This document shows positions 37,850-46,926 of a stretch of DNA of 46,926 bases, piece after piece. Position numbers and translations under genes: made by a program. The notes below the pieces were generated by a model. The model was not told the DNA's origin, did no database searches, and saw only the letters and a program-made list of their open reading frames with translations. Source of the stretch: Ionaspis alba (Eukaryota); contig CAXUUL010000047.1 in NCBI GenBank assembly GCA_964255285.1, positions 1 to 46,926 of the forward strand, given 5' to 3'. Position 1 is the stretch's first letter; every line of letters starts with the position of its first letter.

Positions 37850-39063
37850 TGGCATCTCTGAACAGGACTAGTTGTGCTTCTTGCCAGATCGCGTGAACCA
37901 AATTAAGAATACCGCCCTGCCGAATCATTGGAGGTTGGATTTAGATGATCCGATTCTAGCCTATCTCGTAAAGGAAAAGAGTAAGCTGGCATCTTCCTAC
38001 ACGGACGCTCCATGGCTTCGGGCATTATTGAGCACATGACCGATTAGAAAGGAGAGGGCGAGCCCCGTTTGTTCGTAGATTGCACAAATGAAGAAGTTTG
38101 CTTTGATTGCACGAATTGCCCAATAGGCTGTCGAGACGTCCGTGCCTTGTGGCAAGGATGAAAATGTGGGATAGCGGGAACAGCGGTAGCAACAGCGGGA
38201 TGTGCCTGACGAGCGAGCGCCCTACAGCACTCTCCCCAACTCTGCTCGACGTCTCAACCGCCGTAAAGCTCTCGATCAACCACGAACGCCCACTCTGACA
38301 AGATGAACTTGTGGATTGTCTATCCAATACCAGTGGGCTGATAGTGAGGCTTACTAGTACTCACATGTCATCATGAGAGGTCGCAAGAGTAAGCCAAGGA
38401 CCCGAGTATCGTGGCTCTACTGCAAGCCGCAGCGGAACTGTTGGGCAGCATTGATAGACCTGACGCACCACAAGCGTCGACTGCATTCTTCATACAGATG
38501 CCAGGCACCACTCGGAAGCTGTCGAAAGATTTCTCCAGCCAATACTAATCGTAGGCTCGAAATGGTCCACTCCGCGGCCTGCATCTTGACGAGGTAATGT
38601 GTCGGCTGCATACTGCTGCTCAAACGGCATTTCTCCTTTCAAGTCATCCCATTTGACGTGGCTCCAATTGACGCAAACCATTATCCCAATTGGCCAGACT
38701 TGACATGGCTTCGTTGATCGAAGTGATTTTTATTTGGGGAAGAGGTCGATGTATGCTTTCGTTGCCTGTATCTCCTGCCAGCCCGAGTACTTTGATGTAC
38801 TCAGATTTGCTGCCCTCGTTTCCCTATCTGTCTTGCGGCTGCACCGCATATTTGCTGCGATTAAATTGTCCCTCGAAAACTATTTGTTCTTCTCTCTGTA
38901 CCCATTCTTCTCCGCCCACCATTCGTCTGACCACCCCCTCCCTCCCACGTCACCCGCCCAATTGAATGTTAGGTGGCTGCCATGGGTCGAAAGAATAAGA
39001 AGAAGCAGTTTCTCCCACTAAATGCTAGTTCCTGCGAGCAGGAAACAGAGGCTTTGACCCAAA

Positions 39064-42000
39064 ATGCCTCCGTTCTCGTATGCGAAACTCCCAGTCTTTC
39101 AGTATCAAAAATTTGATGCGAAGACGGTTCAATTCACTAACATTCCTGTTTGGACTCCTCCTCCACCGCCTCCGGTCGAGAAAGACGACAACGTTGATCC
39201 GGTGTCTGACCCTCCACCACCCCCTGTTGCCGAAGACGAGCAGAGCCCAGACGATGCAGTTGCCGATGGCGGTGACAATGCAGAGTCAGAATCCCAACCT
39301 CCTGGAGGGGTAGAAGATAGTATTGCAGGTATGTTTTGAGTAATCGCCGACCCAGTTCGATCCTCACCCTATGGCTGACGAATCTACTCATAAGCAGCAC
39401 CAGCAGAAGAACTACCTTCCGAGGATGCCATACCTGCTGCTCCTGAGGGCGCCGATGGGTCTGGAGATCCTCCGGCTGGTGATGGAGATTTATCAAGTCC
39501 TGAAGCATCGACAGAAGACACGCCAGCTGCTGATGGACCGTCGGAAGCTGCTCCACCCGCCGAGGAGCCCTCAAACGAGCCTAGTAGCGAGGACAAGGCA
39601 GAGCCTACTGCCATTGTCGAGGAACCAGGATCACAGCCTCCAGAACTTCCACCAATAGATCCCGCTGCTGGTGGTGATTCCCCGGCAGTGGAGGGAGAAC
39701 CTGATGCAGCAAGTGGAGAGGTGAGTCTCACGACATCAAACCTCAAGACACTACTCATTGAGCTATACTGACGGGATAAAAGGCACCTCCTGCTCCTGAT
39801 GCTCCGTCTACTGAAGAAGCTGCACCGGAACCCGCACCGGAACCCGCACCGGAACCCGCGCCGGAGTCGGTACCCGAAGCTGTGCCAGCTCCAAGCGAAC
39901 CACCTGCTGAACCACCTGCTGACATCCCACCGGAGCCTGCTGCGCCCGCCGAAAGTGCTCCGCCTCCTGCTCATCCCTCAGTCCACTTTCAAGAACCCCT
40001 TACCGAAGAGGCTCCTCCGCCACCGACCGCAGAAAAGTCAAAAGCAAACAAATCAAAAAAGATAGCACCAATGAGGACTCGACCAAGTAAGAAAAAGCCT
40101 GAAAAGGAAGACAAACCAGAAAAACAGGAGAAGCCGCAAAAGCCAGCGAAAGCAGAAAAGTCGAAGAAGTCGAAGAAAAAAGGTCAAGCAATACCGCCTC
40201 CAGCTCCTGACGTTCCCAAAAACGAAGCTGAAGCAGCTGCCCCCGAAGAGGTTATTGCAAATCCTGTATCAGAGGCAGTCCCAGAGTCTGCTCCNNNNNN
40301 NNNNNNNNNNNNNNNNNNNNNNNNNNNNNNNNNNNNNNNNNNNNNNNNNNNNNNNNNNNNNNNNNNNNNNNNNNNNNNNNNNNNNNNNNNNNNNTACGAA
40401 AGAAAGTGCAAGCCCTGAGCCGGCACCTTCCGTCGAGGATGCTTCTAGAGAGAACGATTTAGAGGCTGAAATTATCAAAGAGACTGAGAAAACTGCCACA
40501 GCGGATTCTCCAGCCCCAGAAGCTCAAGGTACAGAAACTGCAGAAACTGTACCAGCTGAATCGCTTCCAGCGCCTGAACAGGTCGCCCAGACAGAGGAAA
40601 AGCAACCTACTGAGGACTCCGCGCCATCCGAAACGGTTCCAAATCCTGAACTAGCTGGCGATGCCGTTGAGCCAGAGGTAATCGCCGATGCCGCGGCCCC
40701 TGCACAAGAAGATAAATCGCCTGCAGAAAGTGCGCCTGACGCAACGACGGCTGCGCAGCCTACTGATGACAAGTCAGCAGCTCAGGCCGAAGAAGCTCCT
40801 GCGACGGAAGAAAAGCCTGTAGATCCGGTTGTGGTGGCCGAAGAGGCTGCAGTGGTAGAGGCAGTCCCAGCACAGGATGGAGCCTCAGCGGCAGAGGCAA
40901 AACCTGTCGAGGAAGCTGCTCCTGCTGCACTAGTGGTGGAGGATGCAGAGACGAAAGCTGTCGAAGCCGCCACAACCGAGCTTTCGACGGAGGTCCTCCC
41001 GGTTACTGATGAACCACCTCTCGTCAGTGCTACAACCACCATTGAGCCTGCCCCTGAAGCTGTTCAACTCGAGGCTGCTGTGACACCAGCACCTGAATCA
41101 AGCGGTACCTCAAATGGAGAAGGACAACCACCAGAGGCTACACCAGAATCTACAACGGCTATCGAAGACTCTGTTATTACTGAAGAAACCGCAGTAGAAG
41201 AGCCCAAGTCGGTATCCATGCCACCATCTCCTACATCTGAGAAGCGACGACACCATCGTAGTGGCTGGGAACGAGAACGTCGCTTCAGCAAAAGCTCATC
41301 TACGAAAAGCAACGATTTATCACGTGTCGAACGACCAGAAGGCAGACGCAGAGAGAGTGACGCTAGGAGTAAGCGCTCATCTACGAAAAGCAACGATTTA
41401 CCACGTGTCGAACGACCGGAAGGTAGACGCAGAGAGAGTGACGCTCGGAGTAAGCGCTCGTTGACAATGAAGTCGGTCGAGTCCGAGCCTTCCGAGAGAC
41501 CGCGTACAAAAGATCGACGAAGTCAAAGCTTTAGGGAACCTCCACAGACCGACATTTTGAGGTTGATTAGACCAAAGCTGTTCGACAAAGTGAAAGCCGA
41601 GAGTGAAGTGACCGTGCCGTTGTGGGTGAATGCTAGTAAGGCAGTCGACAAGGCAGAGCGACCATCTTCTTCTAGACATGGGTCGTCGAGATATAGTTCG
41701 AGAAGAGACAAGGAACCGTTGAGTCCAGCTGAAGAGGAGGCAAGGAGGGCCAGAAGAGAGCAGCGGAGGAAAGATCGAGAAGCCGAGGACATCGAGAGGG
41801 AACGAAGAGAAGCAGAGGAGGAGGAAGCGAGGAGGGAAAGGAGAGAAGAGCGGAGAAAAGAACGTGAGAGGCAAAGGGAAATTGAAGAACAGGAAGAAGA
41901 AGCTAGAAGAGCGAGACGAAACGCTCGTAGGAAAGAGCGGGACCAGGAGCGGGAACGGGAGGAGACCAGCGCACGAGATCGGGGCAAGGGGAAAACTAGA

Positions 42001-42093
42001 GAACGGAGACATCGTGAGGAGAGACGTCCAGATCCACCACCAACGTTGAAGACCAAAGCTTTTGAAGGACTAAGGAAGATATTCGCTTATTGA
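39064..42093 (+). CDS. Large low-complexity, probably disordered protein (Pro/Glu/Ala-rich, Lys-rich island, Arg/Glu-rich C-terminus); introns from 39329 and 39721, interrupted by an N gap
   Basis: GTATGT and GTGAGT donors with branch sites join the ORFs into one PEA-rich frame. The open frame after the gap ends KAFEGLRKIFAY, followed by an AT-rich 3' region. The start codon is uncertain. Confidence 0.7.
39822..39865 (+). repeat. 12-bp coding tandem repeat (APEP)x3-4
   Basis: gcaccggaaccc three times followed by gcgccgga. Confidence 0.9.
40295..40394. other. Scaffold gap (100 N placeholder)
   Basis: Exactly 100 N. The frame changes across it, so its true length is not 100. Confidence 0.98.
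41294..41459 (+). repeat. 81-bp (27-aa) tandem duplication within the coding sequence
   Basis: SSTKSNDLSRVERPEGRRRESDARSKR followed by SSTKSNDLPRVERPEGRRRESDARSKR. The units start at 41294 and 41375 and differ at about 4 nt. Confidence 0.95.
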
Positions 42094-42611
42094 GGAAGAG
42101 ATGTGTACGAAGCTATGAAGGAGGCTATTTGTATTATTTCTTTGAAGTGTACATGATTATGTTTCCGTATCTTGTGCTACAGTTATACTAAGTAATAATG
42201 TACGAAATAATGATTATTGAATCATTCTAATATATACATACGACCAAAGACATGCCATTGTGATGGTCTACACGGTCTGAAGCCCACTATAAGCGATGAC
42301 TCGGCAGTAAGCACTTGAGGTGAAAGCTTGGCGCTGATTGGTGGAGGCGGTCTCTAGCCTACGAAGCGCCAAACAAAGACGACGGTAGGGAACCGCGCTC
42401 GTCTGAATCGTGTCGAACATAGGAGCGTGTGAACGTACCTGTTCTGCCTTCTATTCTAGGGCAAGACGGGCGTCTTCTATGACCTTCACTCTGGTTCACT
42501 GACTCACTTCCAATGACTTTCGCTGTGCCTGACTTGCGAGGCCACCTGCGCCTCTGCAAGCTACTCTCCCATAACATTCCATGAGAGGGACATCTATCCG
42601 CCTCAGTGATC

Positions 42612-45600
42612 ATGAACGGTTATCCCTCCACCGCCGAGAATTCTTCCGCCAACGTTGCTCAACAACCTGACCCTGCTCACACTGACAGCCAGAACAGCCA
42701 AATTCTGAGGGCTCTCGAGCTAATTTATGACCCACGCTCCTCGAACCAACATCGACAGGAGGCTTCACAATACCTAGAGCGAGTCAAGGCTCAGGATGAA
42801 GCACCGTATCACGGATACGCCCTTGCAGCAAATAAATCGCATGCTGCTGTAGTTCGTCACTATGGTCTGTCACTGTTGGAGAATGCTATCAAACATCGAT
42901 GGACACAATATACTACACAGCAGAGTGGGACGTTACGGGAATGGGTTCTGAAGCTTGCCCAAAGCGCTGCAAGAGAAGACCCGCTGTTCATCCGCAACAA
43001 AATCGCACAGCTATGGGTGGAGATTGCAAAGCGGAGTTGGGTTCTAGACTGGATGGACATGGACGAGCTCTTGGTCCAGCTATGGTGTGGGACCATTGTG
43101 CAGAAGGAGCTGGTGCTTGAGGTGCTAGAAACGCTGTCCGAGAACTCTTTTGGTAAAGAGGATACCATAACTGCTCTTCGAGGGAATGAGCTCAGCAAAG
43201 CTTGTGTCGAGATCTTCACCCCTGCGCAGGTGATGATCGACCATTTCCCACGGAGAGATACCAGCATCAATGTTCGATGTAGTGCAGAGGGCTGGCTCTC
43301 GAGGATCTCCGATCTGCTGGCTTGGTGTAATGGCAGTAACCAGCAGAATCAAGAGCTTCAGGGCTGCGCTGTCAAAGCCCTATATACCCTCAAGTCCGTC
43401 GTATATTGGGCTATCCCGTATGCGCTCAGTACTACACATTGTATTCAACGCATCTGTGAAAGTTTGACTGTGCCGAATCATGCTATGCAGCTTGTATGTT
43501 CGATTTCATCAGTCCGGTTTATCTTACTGAGTTGCGGACAGGCTGCCGTTGAGACTCTCTACGCGATTTACTTCCGGTCAAACCTCTCTACCAGTGAGAT
43601 CAAATATCTGGTCTCTCCTATGTACGAGTCAAGCACAATCGATACGTTGAAACGCTTATATGAGTGGTCCATCGTTGATGCTAGTAATCTTGACGACGAC
43701 AAGTACCTTCTGTGTAAGAAGCTTTCAGAGGTATATCTGTCGAGCATGGTTCTGGTGTTCTTGTTCTTAAAAACTCGCAGATGATCCACAATGTGGGAAG
43801 TTTTCTGGAAGACAAACGAAACCTACTTCTCGAGCATGCAGACTTACCAAGTTTCCTCAACCTTCTGTTAAGAATAGTCCAAAACGAAAGTCTACATGTC
43901 TCGATACCGATCCTGCACTTGTGGGTCCAACTGCTCAACTCTAGTACCGTTGGAAATTCTCCGGCAGTGATGAGCTTGATGGGCCCTTTGCTTGAGATCT
44001 GTAGCCAGCGTCTGCTTCGATATGAGTCTCTACCTGAAGATTCTCAGGTCCCAGCCATAATCTTCTTAAAGGAAGACATAGACACCATTCCTGAGCGTCA
44101 TGCTTTCCTTGGCAATTATGCAAGATTCTGTAGAGATGTCGTTGATAACATCGTTCGGAAACAACCGTTCGATGCATTGTCTCATATTCTTGGTCAAGCA
44201 GACCAGGTGACTGAGGAGTTACACAATAACCAGGCAACGATTGATGGTAATTGCCAATGACTTAGAACATAGGTATAACCATGCTAATTGTCGATAGTAC
44301 GAACATATAACAAGACCTCAGTCTCTGCCCTCAAGCTCGACGCTCAGTTCTCGGTCATTGAAGCTGCCTTGCTCGGGTACGGTAGATGGCGTGCCACACA
44401 GAAAGTGAAGCGTAAAGCAACCGGGACCGGTACGGAGACTTCAAACGAACCGGCCCGGATAGACGAGAATCTGGAGCGTGAGCTTGAGATCATCAACTCT
44501 AATCTGGAGAAATGGTGTCTAAAACTTCAAGAGCTGAAGTTCAAGGTCAGTCGTATCTCGAGCTGTCAAGCGCTTTACTCATACTTTGCAGGACCCAACA
44601 ATCCAGCAACGTGTTGTGAATTTAGTAGGAGAATTTGCAGCAGGTCCACTGAAACGCGCTCCTGCATTTGTTATCCGAGTTTTCTTCTACGAACTCAACT
44701 TAAAGCGGGAGCTCTTGACAGTTGGTGACCAGCCTGATGGTTCGGCTTTCAATGACGCTGTCAAAGAGTTGCACAGGGTTTGCAGCCATCAGCTACAACG
44801 TCTTGCGATGCGCTCCGCGGATCAATTGATGGTTAGACTGTTCCTCTTTCCCTACGAGAAATTGCTTAAACGTGGAACAGACGATATATAAAGATATCGA
44901 GGAAGCAATGGACAAATACTGCCAAAATCCTGGTGTTGATGACCAGGACCGAGATAGATGCTTGTCGATTATTTTCGTCATTGTGTAAGATGCTCTTCCT
45001 CGTTCGCAAAATTCCAAAGGTAGCTGATGTATATCAAGACAACGAGCCACAGCACTCGATGATCCTTCACGTCAGGCCCGCCTAGAATCATTTATTCAGC
45101 GACTGCTGGACAAGTGGCAAGACCCCCACATGTCGAATTCGTTGTCATCGTTTGGTGGTTTCTGTGACCTTCTTGGATTGTCGCAGCTGCAAAGCTATCT
45201 TGTTAGCAGGAATGTGCATCAGATCGAGGACTGGGGCGCTTATCCGCTCGATGACGAAGGAAAAGCTCTGAAAGCACGAATAGACAATGCATCAAACGTG
45301 AGTGTTATCCTTTGGTCGTATTCCAAACTGCTTATCGAGAACAGGATCTCCCTTTCCGTGCTACGAAAACCTTCCTGGGGATTAGTGTCGAAAGGACTGA
45401 GCTTGGATCGCTAGCTCATCAGGCAGCTTCTACGCTGTGGTCTAAATATGTACCTGTTATACTTCCCAACCTCCTAAAATTCATCAGGTAAGCGACCCCT
45501 TATATTTTGAATCTCGCGGCTGCTCACCAGCAGTAGACTTGCTCATTCATTCTCTGAGCCATCAAGCTGGATGGATCTACCCCCAGAGCTTAGAGATATA

Positions 45601-46835
45601 CCAGGCCGAGTGCTCAAGGATCGCTTCTGGCAGGTAGGCATTTCCACCGGCAGCCGAGACGACTTCTACGCTCGAGTCGAAGGGTCGAAGACAACACTGG
45701 AAGGCCTCGCGTCGGCGATTAGGGGCTCCCTGAGATTGGTGCGTGAAACGAGTTACCGCATCATTCTAAACATGAGCCTCCTTGGCGATATTCTTTACAC
45801 CTACGAGGATCTACCCCAGCCACTTTCGGAAGCCTTATTTGATGGAGCTGGTGCATTGTCAATCCACCAAATCGGGGTCATCCTTGAAACAGCGCGCCAA
45901 GTGATCGAGCACTGTCCTGCAAAAGCACGGAGTCACTTTCTACGTCCCCTTCTAATCGCGATGTTCCATCAGCTCGACAACAAAGTGAGCACCGAATGGG
46001 AAAAGATCGAGGAACGTAAAAGCCAGGCGTCTGCCGATGACGATCTTGTTGAGGAGATGAAAGACGAGAGCATACTACGCCAACTGACGTCCAACTCGGT
46101 TGGGCTGGTGGTGTACTTGCTCGATCCAAATCCTGGTAAGTAGAGGCTCAAGATGAACTTGTTTACAATGTACTGATGCAGCTAGCTCGCATGGTCCTTG
46201 CCGTCCCAGTCCTCATTGCAGACTTGCCTCCCACCAATGCGACTATGCGCACCTTTATCCTGGAGACTCCAGAGATCCTGAAATCAGTCATCCTATTCTG
46301 CACACATGCTTTGAGGATGCACGATACCCGTGCTTGCGGTCTCATCACACGTGTGCTGAGATCCATCGTTCCTGCATTCACCGAAGATTCTGCTATGGCA
46401 GCGGACGTCCGAGAGTTCATCTCGACGGAAGTCCTCAAGGCATGTATCACTTCGATTCATGACCCGTACTTCGTGGACATCCAAAGCGATCTAGCTCAAC
46501 TCATCGCAAGCATCTTGAGCTCTTATAGCGCGCGAACGGACACACCTCGACAAATAATCCTATCCTTGCCTGGTATGGATACTGAGACGGTTGACAGTGC
46601 ATTAGTGCGCTTATACAAGACCTCCACTCATGGTCGACAGCAACGAGCTGTCGTGTTGAAGCTACTAGAGGGTCTTAGGGGCATCAGCATCAGCGAGCAA
46701 GGGAAACTGCCACGACCTGAATCCAAGAAAATCCGCTCAGCAATGGAAGAGCGATATATGACTGTGGATGCTCAGGAACCCATCCACAAAGAAGCGAGTC
46801 CTGACCTGGGAGGCGTGGCGGACATGTTCAATTAG
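42612..46835 (+). CDS. MSN5: Exportin-5 / Msn5 karyopherin, about 10 exons
   Basis: ALELIYDPRSSNQHRQEASQYLE..VVRHYGLSLLENAIKHRW (importin-beta N-terminal domain), NKIAQLWVEIAKRSW..WMDMDE, PERHAFLGNY, DRFWQVGISTGSRDDFY, EEMKDESILRQLT and CITSIHDPYFVD. Confidence 0.9.
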
Positions 46836-46926
46836 ACGGAACACAGGCGCTTTGGTTTCGCATTTCTTGGCGTACGGAGCAGTTACGTCTGTCTGGTCAC
46901 ATCAGCGGAAAGGTGGATACCTTATT

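Noticed and set aside
41398..42056. Long minus-strand ORFs of 177-204 aa
   Set aside because: Antisense to the purine-rich R/E-coding region, where stop codons are depleted by composition.

Overview
Gene-dense, intron-containing genomic DNA from a filamentous ascomycete (Pezizomycotina-type GT..CTRAC..YAG introns, mostly 45-65 nt), with two 100-N scaffold gaps. I can reconstruct 19 protein-coding genes. Housekeeping genes: ERV1, HEM4, a Fus3/Kss1 MAPK, SEC24, an Xaa-Pro aminopeptidase, alpha-COP, a serine racemase/dehydratase, ILV5, ICL1, an OTU deubiquitinase, a thiol/halide methyltransferase, two MFS transporters and MSN5/exportin-5. Uncharacterised genes: a multi-TM membrane protein, a conserved acidic protein, a DxD type II membrane protein, a small TM protein and a large low-complexity protein. 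I found no tRNA, rRNA, CRISPR array or autonomous transposon, and no clearly novel biological system. The best leads are a pair of ~90 bp MITE-like repeats bracketing the aminopeptidase gene, a GC-AG intron in the methyltransferase, an inverted pair of FarA/FarB-type CCGAGG sites in the ICL1 promoter, an apparent excess of AAG 3' splice sites, several uORFs, and an uncharacterised glycosyltransferase-like protein. Exon boundaries were read by eye, and family assignments come from recalled motifs, not database searches.
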